A stretch of 64,000 bases of DNA, from the NCBI RefSeq assembly GCF_044704955.1, contig NC_092002.1:11780001-11844000 (forward strand), read 5' to 3'. The stretch comes from Pristiophorus japonicus (Eukaryota). Of this stretch, positions 35,478-49,300 are shown piece after piece. The notes beneath the pieces are model-generated. The model did no database searches. It was not told where the DNA came from and saw only the letters and a program-made list of their open reading frames with translations. A program made the translations under genes and the position numbers. Position 1 is the first letter of the stretch. Every line of letters starts with the position of its first letter.

Positions 35478-35949
35478 CCCAGAGAAGGTTCACGAGGTTG
35501 ATTCCTGAGATGAAGGGGTTGTCTTATGAAGAAAGATTGAGCCTATACTCATTAGAAGAATGAGGTGTGATCTTATTGAAACGTATAAGATTCTGAGGGG
35601 GCTTGACAAGGTAGATGCAGAGAGGATGTTTCCCCTCGTGGGGGAATCTAGAACTAGGGGGCATCGTTTCAGAATAATGGGGTGTCTATTTAAGACGGAG
35701 ATGAGGAAGAATTTCTTCTCCCAGAGGGTCGTGAATCTTTGGAATTCTCTACCTTAGACAGCTGTGGAGGCTGGGCCATTGAATATATTTAGGCGGAGAT
35801 AGATTTTTGAACGGTAGTGGAGTCGAGGGTAATGGGGAACGGGCGGGGAAATGGAGCTGAGGCCAAGATCAGATCAGCCGTGATCTCATTGAATGGTGGA
35901 GCAGGCTTGAGGGGCCGAATGGCCGACTCCTGTTCCTATTTCTTATGTT
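35478..35949 (+). mobile_element. CR1 3' fragment abutting the ACTMAP last-exon acceptor
   Basis: DLIETYKILRGLDKVDAERMFPLVGESRTRGH; tail TTCTTATGTT. Confidence 0.88.
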
Positions 35950-35975
35950 GGATTCTGTTTCTATTTGCTATCCAG

Positions 35976-36301
35976 GAGTGCTCCTGGGACTGAAGTGTGG
36001 ACTGTCGGAGGACACCTGTGAGGAAGATCCTGACATTCCCGGCCTCTTCCAGCTGCGAGCGGACGTGCCGGGAGCCAGATACCCCGAGGAGTGCGTTGTC
36101 CACACTCACCTGCTGGCCAAGCAAGGGAAGAGTTTGAAGTACCAGCTGTGGGAGTACGAGCGAGTGCACGCGAGCAATGCGCAGCTGACAGAGTTCAGCC
36201 CCAAGCGGGAGTCTGACGGGACAGTCTATGTGGTGCCCGCCGGGGGGGTGGAGTCAGGATTGTGTGGAGCTGTGATTCTCCTGCAACCGTTGTCTCAGTA
36301 A
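35976..36301 (+). CDS. ACTMAP: ACTMAP last coding exon
   Basis: cag|(G)VLLGLKCG...LLAKQGKSLKYQLWEYERVHASNAQLTEFSPKR...GLCGAVILLQPLSQ*; candidate AATAAA at 36952. Confidence 0.95.
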
Positions 36302-36656
36302 CCAACCCAAGGTTGGCTGCTTCCGCTAATATTGACCACAGAAAATAATTATTATACAGCACCTTTCAGGATCCTCTCAAAGTACAATTTTTTGGAGTGT
36401 AGTCACTGTTGTAATGTTGGAAACGCGGCAGCCAATTTGCGCACAGCAAGCTCCCACAAACAGCAATGTGACTGACCAGATCATCTGTTTTTAGTGATGT
36501 TGGTTGAGGGATAAATATTGGCCCCAGGACACCAGGGAGAACTCCCCCTGCTCCTCTTCAAAATGGTGCCATGGGATCTTTTACGTCCACCTGAGGGGGA
36601 AAGACTGTTTAACATATCCGAAAGACGGCACCTCCGACAGTGCAGTACTCCCTCAG

Positions 36657-36802
36657 TCATCATCATAGGCAGTCCCTCGAAACGAGGATGACTTGCTTCC
36701 ACGCCAAAAAGGGATGAGTTCACAGGTGTTTCAATGAAGGACCTAATATTCCAGATCTCGAACTACATGTTGAAGGGTGGAAGATGCCTGTGCGTGGATT
36801 TT
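36657..36802 (-). mobile_element. Non-autonomous element with RTE-type (GAT)n tail; other copies near 38310-38620 and 45793-46238
   Basis: CATCATCATAGGCAGTCCCTCG...GACTTGCTTCCAC matches the 3' end of the RTE at 19973; near-TSD TACTCCCTCAGT/TACTCTCTCAGT. Confidence 0.7.
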
Positions 36803-39629
36803 ACTCTCTCAGTACTGTGCCGGAGTGTCAGCCTGCCTGGATTATGAGCTCTATCTTGGGGTGGTTATACATTTTTAATTGAATTTGCCTTAACCAGGCA
36901 CAAGCCCTGTATGTGGAGGCTCACTGTCAATTTCACCAATAGAAGTGTTGTAATAAAACAGTTTCCCCTTGGTTTCCTCACACATTCCCTGCGGCTCATT
37001 CAACTCCACTCGAAAATCCACTTCGCATAATCACTTTGATCATTTACTATCGTTAAATATTGAGTGACTGGTTTTAGTAATCAGTTTAAATGTTTGGCAT
37101 ATACCTGTCACAAAACAAGGGAGGCTGTCTCTTAGCAAGGGAATATAAATGTTACCCTGGCATGACAGTAGCGGCAAATGGCCCAATTAGTGCCAGTGGG
37201 TGGTCTGGCCAGGGATTGAAAGTATTCGAGCTCATCACATTGGGGGAGTTGATCTCTCGCTGTGAGCCAGCTAATGGTGAGTGGCAGTGAGTGTCTTGGC
37301 CTGTGTCCCTCCTGCAGACATTGTCTCTGCTCCAGGGCCCCATATTGAGTGGGAGGTGCCGGTGCATAGACTTCAGGACGGTGCGTGGCTGTGACTCCCT
37401 CCACAGTCAAATATCCTACTGCCGTTCATTGTTTAGGATCACACGTCAAGAATGGGCATTTGGGAGAGGGAGTGGAGTGGAGGGAGGGGGGAGGGGGAGG
37501 GGGGGGGAGGGGGAGGGGGGGGGAGGGGGAGGGGGGGAGGGGGAGGGAGGAGGGAGGGGGGAGGGAGGGGGGGGGACCTCTGAGCAAGTTCTGAAAGGGG
37601 AGGGGTGAGGTGAAAAAATGAAGAGGGAAAAATACAAAATGAAAGCAAGTACACAGTGTAAACATAGTCACTCCCAGTCAGGTCAGTAATCCATTCCAAT
37701 CGGTTAACTGACCTCAGACTGGGTATCAAACCTGACATATTCTGGTTTCTTTGGCTTAGGAGCAGCCCTTCCTCCCTGAGCCAGCTTCCAGTGCTAGATT
37801 GATAGATTAAACTTCAGGTCGTCCAAAGCTCAGCAGCCCGTGTCCTAACTCGCACCAAGTCCCGCTCACCCATCACCCCCTGTGCTCGCTGACCTACACT
37901 GGTTAAGCAACGCCTCGATTTTAAAAATTCTCATCCTTATTTTCAAATCCCTCCGTGCCCTCACCCCCTCCCTATCTCTGTAATCTCCTCCAGCCCCACA
38001 ACACCCTCACCCACCCCAAGATGTCTGCACTCTTCTAATTCTGCATCCCTGATTATAATCGCTCAACCATTGGTAGCCGTGCCTTTTGTTGCCTGGGCTC
38101 CAAGCTCTGGAACTCCCTCCCTAAACCTCTCTGCCTCTCTTTCCACTTTTAGGATGCTCCTTAAAATCGACCTCTTTAACCAAGCTTTTGGTCACCTGCT
38201 GTAATTTCTTATGTGGCTCGGTGTCAAATTCATGTGTTTTGTCTGTAACACTCTTGTGAAGCGCCTTGGGACGTTTTACTACGTTAAAGGCGCTATATAA
38301 ATACAAGTTATCATAAGCGGTCCCTCGAACGAGGATGACTTGGGTTCACAGATGTTTCAATGGAGGACCCGATATTCCAGTCCTGAATTCCAATTGAATT
38401 GGGTGGAAGATGCCTGTGCGTGGATTTTTTTTAAACGTTGCACATCAGCCACCACACGGGGCTTGACAGAGCTAGGTCTTGGTCCAGTGGCAAGGGTTAA
38501 GCAGGACGACTGGAGACCTGCTCTGCTGCACGGACCGAGTGCGCACATATTGCACAGTGTGGGCTGGGCCCGTGCTGCCCCTGGGCTCTTCTGCACCCCG
38601 TACCCTCATTCGCCGCACTTCCGCCACACCCTGTTGAGCCCCCTCACTAAGCTAACGAGATGTTAGCTGCACCATAGGCAAATAAACCCACCAACAAATA
38701 GGTCAGCCTCCGAGGTTAGCCACAATTTGTGTTGGGTCCGTTTCACATGTTGCATAATGGCACAGTGATTGAGGTGCATCTGCTTTGTGCATCTGTGGTA
38801 AAGATGGCAAGTGGTGTCTTCCTGAAACCAGTGCGAATACTCCCAAGTCAGGCTCATCGCCATTTACATTTTAATTTATCCAATTCATTCTCCAACTGAA
38901 TTGCAAGGCCACAAATTGAGACCAGATTGTTATTCCTTTGTGAAGAAGTGCTTCTGACGTGGGTCGGGTCGGCTGTCAGTTAGTTAAATCTAACCCGGTA
39001 AATCCTCAGCGTTCACCAAGTGCTGACCAGACAAGGCACCTACTGGTTTAGCCGTTTTCAAACCAAGTCCTCTCAGACGGGCAAATGAACCGATGCGGCA
39101 GGTAAGGGAATCTAGCAAGTTGCCCCTACCGCACTGCAAATGGAAACTGAACTGTAAGCTGAAACTTGTGGAAAAACTGATGGGGAACCAACAGGAAAAA
39201 AAACGTTTTGACGCAAAAGTTTACAAAACAGAAAGGCTAAAAAAAAAGTGCCACACTTTCAACTGAGTGACTGAACACGGGAGGAGGTTTGTGCAATGCA
39301 TCGTGTGAGTAAAGCCAATTTTGCAGTCAAATTTTGCAAGGATAAATTCTATAATTTAAAATGCCCCCAAAAAATTAAGAAATAAATCCCTAAAAAATAA
39401 GGAATGGGTTTAATCCGTCACCTCCACTTGAGCAACACTGAATTCAAACTCCACCCACCTGACTAACCAAAGAGCTTGGTTATATATACGAAGCAATGTC
39501 CTCCCATATTCACACTAAGCTGTAGATAAGTTATTGTAGATTACAGATGTCTCGACTGATCTATGTTCACGCTTTATACTTTAGAACAGGCTGTTACGGG
39601 GAGCAGATATTTTGGGTAGAGTTTGCCCT

Positions 39630-40460
39630 CCAGCTGGACTAGTGTGTCCAATTCTGGGCACAGCATTTTCGGGAGGACGGGAAGGCTTTGGAGAAGGCGC
39701 AGAGGAGATTTACTAGGATGGGTCCAATGATTATAGTTGCAGACTGGGGAAACTGGGCTTGTTCTTAGAAGTTTAAAAGATTTGACAGGTGTATAAAATC
39801 ATGAAGGGGTTAGATAGAGTAAATAAATAAACTGTTTCCAGTGACTGAAAGGTTGGTTACGAGAGGGTGCAGATTTAAGGTGATTGGCAAAAGAACTGGA
39901 GGCAACAGGAGGAAAAGCTTGTGCAGCGGGTGGTTAGGATTTGGAATGCACTGCCTGATAGGGCGGTGGATACAGATTTAATAGCAGCCTTCAAAAGGGA
40001 ATCGGATAGATACTTGTAAGCAAAAATCATAGGGATATGGGGAAAGAGCGGGGGTAGTGGGACTGATTGGATGGCCCTTTGAAAGAATGGTGCAGACTGG
40101 ATGGGCCAAATCGCCACTTTCTGTGCTGCACTGTTCTATGATACTGGGAGTAGGAACGAGGTGTGACAAGCAGTACTCCATTTCATAGAACCATACAACA
40201 CGGGAGGCCATTCAGCCCTTACCCTGTGCTGGCCCCTTGGTAGAGCTATTCAGTTAGTCCCACTCCCGTGCTCTTTCCCCATGGACCTGGTCGTTTTCCA
40301 AATATTTATCAATTGCCTCTTGAACGTTACCATTGAATCTGCTTCCACCACCCTTCCCAGGGAGTGCGTTCCAGGCAATAATAACTGGTTGCACACGAAC
40401 ATTTCTCATCCACCGCCCCCCCCACCTCTGGTCCTTAAACCGACATTCTCTGGTTACCGA
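39630..40460. mobile_element. Two degraded CR1 3' fragments, tail to tail
   Basis: CR1 3' similarity on + (39630-40140) and - (40185-40460). Confidence 0.65.
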
Positions 40461-41413
40461 CCCATCAATGGGTTTTGCACGAAAGGCGGCAGGTTCTACA
40501 GACTGCTTCTCTCTGCCTCTAACGTACTTCAACGAGGGGAAACTGAAGAAATCCAATAATCTTACAGGTTGGGAGGGACGATGAGCAACGAAGTAGAACG
40601 TACTTCCCCTGAAACAATCACAACAACTGAACGGAATAGTATCCTTTACATATTTTATTTGCCCAACTTAAGTGTTTATAAATAGATATTAAAAAAGACT
40701 GCCACGGTGCGGACTGCAGGAAGTCGACACACAGCAGAAATGTCCATTAGCTTGTGCTTGCTTGCAGAGTATCTGGGACGGAGGCAGCGACTCTCAATGA
40801 ACTTGTTGCGTTTAAGGTTATATAGGCAGCCCAGCAGAAAAAGCTCTATCCGCGCTGGGAGGGAAAACGACCCACCCCCACCTCGGGAGATGGAGCAGTC
40901 CCTCACAGCCCTCACCCACACGGGGAGATAGTTTTACACCCCCACCCCATTCGGGGAGATGGGCTGGTCCTGCACCCTCCCCCCGAGGAGATGGACCCTT
41001 ACACACACACACACCCCCTCCCACACACCCCCACCCCGCGGGGAGATGGGCCGGTCCTGCACCCTTCCCTCCGGGAAGATGGACCCTTACTTACACACAC
41101 CACCCCCCGCTCCTTCCAGGAAATGGCCCCTCCCATACCAACCACCACCCAGCAAGATGGCCCCTCCCCCCCGGGAAGATAGAGCCTCCCACACCTCCCC
41201 CCACCCCACGGGGAGATAGACCCTCCCACACTCCCCCAGGGAGAGACAGCCCTGTGTTATACCCCCCACCTCAGGGAGACAAACCCATCCCATGCTCCCC
41301 ACCCCCCCCCCAGGGAGACAGATCCCCTGCGCTCCCCCGCACAGGGAGATGGATGCCCCCCCCCCCCCCCCCACCACAAAGCCCGCAGGGAACGCAGAGG
41401 TTGTCCAGCGTTC

Positions 41414-41569
41414 CTATCTGACCAAGTGAAAGGTGAGCCAGTACATGAAGAACGGCTGCACTGCGGCGATCGCCATGGTCAGGTACATCCGGAGCTGATT
41501 CCTTGTCCCCCGCACCAGAACTCCCTCAGCCGCAGCCTCTGACAGAATCTTCAGTCTCAACGTCCGAAT
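41414..41569 (-). CDS. YIF1B: YIF1B last exon; full CDS = complement join(63761-63797,56514-56746,51716-51820,44846-44924,43379-43436,42351-42506,42074-42167,41414-41569), 305 aa (308 with the distal exon-1 donor)
   Basis: [54 protein letters not shown]1B-type C-terminus; candidate AATAAA at 40654-40659. Confidence 0.96.
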   Translation of the reverse strand: MRTLRLKILSEAAAEGVLVRGTRNQLRMYLTMAIAAVQPFFMYWLTFHLVR

Positions 41570-42073
41570 CTGGGAAAACATTCGTTTACAAGCAAGAGCA
41601 TTATGGGATGGCAGTGAATAAATGCCCTATCCGGGCGATACTGAGCTTGACCGATCGGGAAGGTCCCGCGTGCTAGGTTTGTAATTCCAGCCAGGCCAGC
41701 AGCAGTTACCAGTTGGGCTCGGGAGAGGAACTCAGCCGGGATTCCTGCTACAGAAAGGTCAGCACGTGGACGTCAGACAAGGACCTGATCGGTAGAACTT
41801 CCAAGACCCGCAGTTGAATATCCTGCACACACACACATGACCAATGGCCACATGGCAGAAAGCAGTCACACCAGGCGATCTGTAGCCCAGGGAGAGTCGG
41901 TGCCCCTGGAACTGTACCCCAGGGAGAGTCAAAGTCCCTGGAACTGTACCCCAGGGAGAGTCAGCACCTCCAAGTAAAGTCAGGGAGAAAAGATGATCTT
42001 TGCCCCCCGCCGAAATGATAAATGTTAACGGGTTGTAAAGTGAAAGGAGAAATTGTTCAATCACTAAACTCAC

Positions 42074-42167
42074 CATGAACACCACGATCGAGATGCAGCA
42101 CCAGCCCAGAGCAACGTAATATCCTGTCCTCCCAAATATCAGGCCAGCCACCACTCCAGTGATCATC
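42074..42167 (-). CDS. YIF1B: YIF1B exon 7
   Basis: cag|(G)[31 protein letters not shown]|gtgag. Confidence 0.95.
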
Positions 42168-42350
42168 CTGTGGGTAAGAAAAGTGATATTAATCACATAA
42201 CTACAGACCTGCTGAACTGTGATGCCATCTGCATCTATACCCTCGCCCGACTCCAGTGCCCTCTCAGCACTCATACCCCCGCCTGGCACCCTCAGACACG
42301 CCCGACCTCAGCCCTCGCAGACTCCAGCCCCCCAGCCCTCACAAACTCAC

Positions 42351-42506
42351 CCGACATACTTGTACCCAGCAAAGGCAACCAGGTCGATGGTGGTTAGGTC
42401 TGTGTTCACCGTGACCAGGTAGAGACTGAGCAGGATAGCAAGCACCTCGATGACCAGCCAGATTAATGCCGAGCTGGCTTGCACGCCCAGCACCTCTGGA
42501 GAGAAC
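42351..42506 (-). CDS. YIF1B: YIF1B exon 6
   Basis: tag|(R)[22 protein letters not shown]...AFAGYKYV(G)|gtgag. Confidence 0.96.
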
Positions 42507-43378
42507 CTACAGGGAGAGAATAAAGTGCTGTCAGTCAGTGCTGGATACTGGGCTGGAGATGGACTTAACGCAGGTCTGCACCCTCGGGCAATGCCAGCCA
42601 CTCTGTGAGGGAGTACTTCCGCCAGAATTCTCCCTCAGGTATTCCCCAGCTGGGGAACAGCATTAGTCCGGAGCAAGTTGGCCCGAGGCTTTGGAACAGT
42701 GCGTCGTTTTAGGGAAAAAATGAACACAAGTGATTAAGTGCAATAAAGAATTATAAATCTAGGCACTGCTTGATGCTTGAAACAGGAAATGCTGGTCAGC
42801 TGTAACTCAGTGGGTAGCGCTCTCACCCGAGTCAGAATGTTGGGCAGGCTGACACGTAATACAGGCTGATGCTCCCAGTGTAGTACTGTAGTACTGTCAG
42901 AGGTGCAGCCTTTCGGGTGATACGTTAAACCGAGGCCCCGTCTGCCCTCTTGGGTGGATGTTAAATAGCCACGGCACTATTTCGAAGAGGAGCAAGGGAG
43001 TAATCCCTGGTGTCCTGGAAAATATTTCTCCCTCAAGCAACATCACACGCAGATTATCTGGTTATTATTGAGAGAGCTTGCTGTGCACAAATTAGGCTGC
43101 CACGTTTCCTACATTACAACAACGACTACACTTCAAAAAGTACTTCATTGGCTGTAAGGTGCTTTGGGACATCCTGAGATCATGCAAGGCGCTTTGGTAA
43201 AGGCAAGTTCTTTCTTAAAGCTAATCTCCCTTATCTAGAGCATAAAATTCGCAAAATTAAACATGAATGATGCTGACTGTCTCAGGCCATCCCACTGAAA
43301 CATGCTCAATGATCCGCCAGGTTAAAGCGGAGAAGCACTGAGTGATCGTGTGACTGCTGCGACACCAAGGATTCTCAC

Positions 43379-43436
43379 CTGCTCTGAGTTCCAAGGGCAA
43401 ACCCGGCCACCAGTAAATACGTGATGAACGCCATCG
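43379..43436 (-). CDS. YIF1B: YIF1B exon 5
   Basis: cag|(A)MAFITYLLVAGFALGTQS(R)|gtgag, 58 nt. Confidence 0.94.
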
Positions 43437-43593
43437 CTGGAGAGAGAAATAGGCATTAGACACGGCACGGACAGTGAACTGATCCACGGCACTGCAGCCC
43501 GTTAAACCAGGCTGTGATGTTGCGACCACATTGTTCATTGAGAACACTTAACCAACTATCACAATCCAGTGATCACGTGCGGATGCACTTTCT

Positions 43594-43790
43594 TTATTCG
43601 TTCCTGGGATGTGGGCGTCGCTGGCAAGGCCGGCATTTATTGCCCATCCCTAATTGCCCCTTGAGAAGGTGGTGGTGAGCCGCCTTCTTGAACCGCTGCA
43701 GTCCGTGTGGTGAAGGTGCTCCCACAGTGCTGTTCAGGAGGGAGTTCCAGGACTTTGACCCAGCGACGATGAAGCAATATATTGCTAAGT
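43594..43790 (-). mobile_element. LINE 3' fragment; longer copy at 57430-57910 (+)
   Basis: KSWNSL..STVGAPSPHGLQRFKKAAHHHLLKG. Confidence 0.75.
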
Positions 43791-44845
43791 CAGGAACTGA
43801 TCCAACGAAATGTGTAGTCACACAATCAAATATAACGCCTGACTTCGGCGTAACGTAAGGCTCTGCCCCCCGCCCCGTGGCTCAGTGGGTAAACACACAG
43901 CCATGTGCGAGTCTGAGCCGTATAGATTTAGAAGGACCCACATTGCATTCCTGTGGCAAGTCATCGGACCACAGTCGGGATGTGATCGAGACGTTACAAT
44001 TCAGTGCGAGTGAAGGAGGCAGCCGAAGTTGCTGTTCCCCATTGCCATCCAAAGCCCCCGTTGGAAAATGCACATGTGGCTGGCGGGGGCGGGCTCGGCT
44101 GCGATGCCATCCATGGTCAAATAACCAGCTAATACTGCCAGGCACAAAGAGTGTACGCTTGGCATGGACATCCCAGGGCGGCCAGCAATGTTCCCCGTCA
44201 TTTGGGTACTTGGCCCCTTTAAAGGGGCTGCGCGGCCCATTCAAATTACCACGCATGGGAACGCCGTGGGGGGCGACTGCGTGGGACCGGCAGATCACTG
44301 CGCGGCCGTGGAGCTAAGCGGGTATGTTGACGGCCAGCAACGTTCCCTCCAAGTTGCACGCAGGCCACTCACAAGCTGTTCCTGCTGAGGTACCGCCCAT
44401 GCGCGACCGCACAGCAAACTTAAAGGTACCGCGCGTACACAGAAACCCTTAAAGGGACACTCGCGGACAGTGGGAGCTGTAACCACAAAAAACACGGTAA
44501 CTAATTCACCAGAGACGCAGAGCTCAGGAAATGGCCGATGTTACTAATTCTACTGATCGAGACAAAACCAGTTTTGCGCTGTTGGGACGCGGGGCTCACC
44601 CACACTGTTCAGGGAGTGCGAACCCTCTCTCGAAGCCTGGACGTGATTGCAGATTCGCTCTTGGAGAATAGTGTGGTTAAACTCATCCTGCCTCAGCAGG
44701 AGCGTCAGTCGTTGTTAGACGCCAATTAAAACCTTGCATAATGTTGACTGGAGCCTGTCAGGGCACCCCCCCGCCCCGGCCAAAACACTTCACGGGCCCC
44801 CGATCCGACTATGGATAGCGCTGATCGCGTAGCGCCTGCTCTTAC

Positions 44846-44924
44846 CTGGAATATACAGGTCGGGAGCATTCACCTCCACCCGAGGGGCCACGGGCGTGTC
44901 CTGCTGGTACCGTACCTCCCAATT
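44846..44924 (-). CDS. YIF1B: YIF1B exon 4
   Basis: cag|[26 protein letters not shown]|gtaag. Confidence 0.95.
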
Positions 44925-45479
44925 CTGTAAACGCACAGACAGTTAGACATCGATCAATAGGTTAAGCACAGCCAACACGAGCGGAAGGGGGAGGACCCGA
45001 ATTGTCACGGCCAGATCCAGCTGACCTCCCGTGGGTCTTTGCTCTTTGATCATTATTTTTTTTTATATTCAAGCTGCTCCCTTTTGCCCTTCCGCCTGTA
45101 ATTGCCCATCCATCTCCCACTTTGGAATGTCATCACCCGGCTAACCCTCTTTCCTTCAACTACCACTCTCGGTTTTGTCGCTCACTTATTGCGTCTCTGC
45201 TCCCAACTCTTTTTCACCATGTTCCTAATGTCCTTCAGGGAAGGGAGGGAGCTTCAATCACCACAACCATTCTATTTCCCAGAGTCTCTCCAGTCCCACA
45301 CTGTGTGTGGTTGGCTTTTAATCCCCTCGGGCTAACCAAAAATGGGCAACGAGTTATTCCTTGGCAGCGCAAAGAACAGCAAAAAATGTTGCTGAACATA
45401 CTTGAGCACCGGGTACGGGAACAGTCATCGAGTGATGCAGGATATTGCCAGCTGGAGAATCTGAGGAACATTTGCTTAA

Positions 45480-46370
45480 GAATGTAAGAATTAGGAGCGG
45501 GAATCGACCATATGGCCCTCGAGCCTGGTCCGCCATTCAATGAGATCATGGCTGATATTCCACCTCAACTCCACGTTCCTGCCCAATCCCCATATCCCTC
45601 GATTCCCTTAATATCCACATATCTATCGATCTCAGCCTTGAATATACTCAACGACTGAGCCTCCACAGCCCTCTGGGGTAGAGAATTCACCACGCTCTGA
45701 GTGAAGAAATTCCTCGTCTCAGTCTTAAATGGTCGACCCCTTATCCTGAGACTGTGACTCCTGGTTCTAGACTCCCCAGCCCAGGGGAAACATCATCATC
45801 ATCATCACAGGCGGTCCCTCGATCGAGGATGACTTGCTTCCACACGAGTTCACAGATGTTTCAATGAAGGACCCGATGTTCCAGTCCTGAACTCCAGTTG
45901 AGGGGGTGGAAGATGCCTTTGCATGAATTTGAAAAAAAAACCGTGTGGTGACCGTTTCACACCAACCACCACACGGGCTTGACAGAGCTAGGCTTTTATC
46001 CAGTGGCAAGGGTTAAACCAGGACGACCGGAGGCCAGCTCTGCTGCACGGACCGAGTGCACACACATATCACACAGTGTGGGCTGACCCGTGCTGCCCCT
46101 GGGCCCTCGGCTCTTCTGGGCCCCGTACCCTCATTCGCCGCACCTTCACCCACGATGCTCCAAGGCCCAGCGCTCCAGCTCTATTTATAGCCCCGACCTG
46201 CAGGGCTGTTCTCACAGGTAGGGGCAGTCCACGAACAACTCCTCAGCATCTACCCTGTTAATCCTTCTCAGAATCGTTTCAATGAGATCACCTCTCATTC
46301 TTCTAAACTCCAAAGAGTATCTGCCTAATCCACTCAATCTCTCCTCATAGGACAATCCCTCTCATCCCAG
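45480..46370 (-). mobile_element. CR1 3' fragment interrupted by an RTE-tailed element
   Basis: CR1 sequence stops at GGGGAAACA (45792) and resumes near 46240. Confidence 0.75.
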
Positions 46371-46374
46371 GAAG

Positions 46375-49300
46375 ATGCTAGTCAGAGTAGGAATCGCAGG
46401 ATAGCTCAGATGAATACGTGGCTTGAGCAGTGGTGCAGCAGGGAGGGATTCAAATTCCTGGGGCATTGGAACTGGTTCTGGGGGAGGTGGGACCAGTACA
46501 AACCGGACGGTCTGCACCTGGGCAGGACCTGAACCAATGTCCTAGGGGGAATGTTTGCTAGTGCTGTTGGGGAGGAGTTAAACTAATATGGCAGGAGGAT
46601 GGGAATCAATGCAGGGAGACAGAGGGAAACAAAAAGGAGACAAAAGCAAAAGACAGAAAGGATTGGAGGGCAGAGAAACCCAAGGCAAGAAACAAAAAGG
46701 GCCACTGAATGTAAAGGGGCTGCAGGAGGGGTCAAAACTAAAAATCATGGTTTAAAAACTAGTATTAAAACACTCTACCTAAATGCATGTAGCATTCGAA
46801 ATAAAGTAAATGAGTTGACAGCACAAATCATTGCAAATGGGTATGATTTGGTGGCCATTACAGAAATGTGGTTGCAGGGGGGCCAAGACTGGGAATTAAA
46901 CATACAGGGGTATCTGACGATTCAGAAAGATAGACAAGGGAAAGGAGGTGGGGTAGCTCTGTTAATAAGGGATGATATCAGGGCAGTTGTGAGAGACGAT
47001 ATTGGCTCTAATGAACAAAATGTTGAATCATTGTGGGTGGAGATTAGAGATAGTAAGGGGAAAAAGTCACTGGTGGGCGTAGTTTATAGGCCCCCAAATA
47101 ATAACTTCACGGTGGGGCGGGCAATAATCAAGGGAATAATGGAGGCATGTGAAAAAGGATTGGCAGTAATCATGGGGGATTGTAACCTACATATCGATTG
47201 GTCAAATCAAATCGCACGGGGTAGCCTTGAGGAGGAATTCATAGAATGCATACGGGATTGTTTCTTAGAACAGTATGTTACAGAACCTACAAAGGAGCAA
47301 GCTATCTTAGATCTGGTCCTGTGTAATGAGACAGGAATAATAAACGATCTCCTAGTAAAAGATCCTCTCGGAATGAGTGATCACAGTATGGTTGAATTTG
47401 TAATACAGATTGGGGTGAGAAAGTAGTGTCTCAAACGAGCGTACTATGCTTAAACAAAGGGGACTACAGTGGGATGAGGGCAGAGTTGGCTAAAGTAGAC
47501 TGGAAACACAGACTAAATGGTGGCACAATTGAGGAACAGTGGAGGACTTTTAAGGAGCTCTTCCATAGTGCTCAACAAAAATATATTCCAGTGAAAAAGA
47601 AGGGCGGTTAATGAAGGGATAACCAAGGAAATAAAGGAGAGTATCAAATTAAAAACCAATGCGTATAAGGTGGCCAAGGTTAGTGGGAAAATAGAAGATT
47701 GGGAAAATTTTAAACGACAGCAAAGAATGACTAAGAAAGCAATAAAGAAAGGAAAGATAGATTACGAAGGTAAACTTGCGCAAAACATAAAAACGGATAG
47801 TAAAAGCTTTTACAGATATATAAAACGGAAAAGAGTGACTAAAGTAAATATTGGTCCCTTAGAAGATGAGAAGGGGGATTTAATAATGGGAAATGTGGAA
47901 ATGGCTGAGACCTTAAACAATTATTTTGCTTCAGTCTTCACAGTGGAAGACACAGAAACCATGCCAGAAATTGCTGGTCACAGGAATGTGGGAAGGGAGG
48001 ACCTTGAGACAATCACTATCACTAGGGGGGTAGTGCTGGACAGGCTAATGGGACTCAAGGTAGACAAGTCTCCTGGTCCTGATGAAATGCATCCCAGGGT
48101 ATTAAAAGAGATGGCGGAAGTTAGAGCAGATGCATTCGTTATAATCTACCAAAATTCTCTGGACTCTGGGGAGGTACCAGCGGATTGGAAAGCAGCTAAT
48201 GTAACGCCTCTGTTTAAAAAAGGGGGCAGACAAAAGGCAGGTAACTATAGGCCGATTAGTTTAACATCTGTAGTGGGGAAAATGCTTGAAACTATCATTA
48301 AGGAAGAAATAGCGGGACATCTAGATAGGAATAGTGCAATCAAGCAGATGCAGCATGGATTCATGAAGGGGAAATCATGTTTAACTAATTTACTGGAATT
48401 CTTTGAGGATATAACGAGCATGGTGGATAGAGGTGTACCGATGGATGTTGTGTATTTAGATTTTCAAAAGGCATTCGATAAGGTGCCACACAAAAGGTTA
48501 CTGCAGAAGATAAAGGTATGTGGAGTCAGTGGAAATGTATTAGCATGGATAGAGAATTGGCTGGCTAACAGAAAGCAGAGAGTCGGGATAAATGGGTCCT
48601 TTTCAGGTTGGAAATCGGTGGTTAATGGTGTGCCACAGCGATCGGTGCTGGGACCACAACTGTTTACAATATACATAGATGACCTGGAAGAGGGAACAGA
48701 GTGTAGTGTAACAAAATTTGCAGATGACACAAAGATTAGTGGGAAAGCTGGTTGTGTAGAGGACACAGAGAGGCTGCAAAGAGATTTAGATAGGTTAAGC
48801 GAATGGGCTAAGGTTTGGCAGATGGAATACAATGACGGAAAGTGTGAGGTCATCCACCTTGGGGAAAAAAAACAATAAAAGGGATTATTATTTGAATGGG
48901 GAGAAATTACAACATGCTGCGGTGCAGAGGGACCTGGGGGTCCTTGTGCATGAAACTCTTTTGAGTTTATCTGTGAAAACATAAAACATTAAACGGTGCC
49001 ACCCGACCTGGGTGACACTCCAGACATTTACAAGGCCCTTTTTTTTTCCCCCTTTTTTGTGTTTTTTTTTTGTGTTTTTTTTTTTTTTTTTTTTGTTTTT
49101 TTTTTGGGCACTAAAATCACAATTTTTCCCCAGTGCCCCCTATAAAAGGGAAGGGGACACTAAAAGCACCGGCAATTAAAACAAATTAACTTTAAAACGT
49201 AAAATCAAATTAAAATTTGGTTGCCGGGCGTGATGATGCACTCCAGTCCCTCCGGTGCCCACCTCTTCCTTGTGCATGAATCCCAAAAAGTTAGTTTGCA

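Noticed and set aside
47670-48878. 402-aa ORF as a host gene or active reverse transcriptase
   Set aside because: It is a frameshifted CR1 ORF2 fragment, further disrupted by the insertion at 48955
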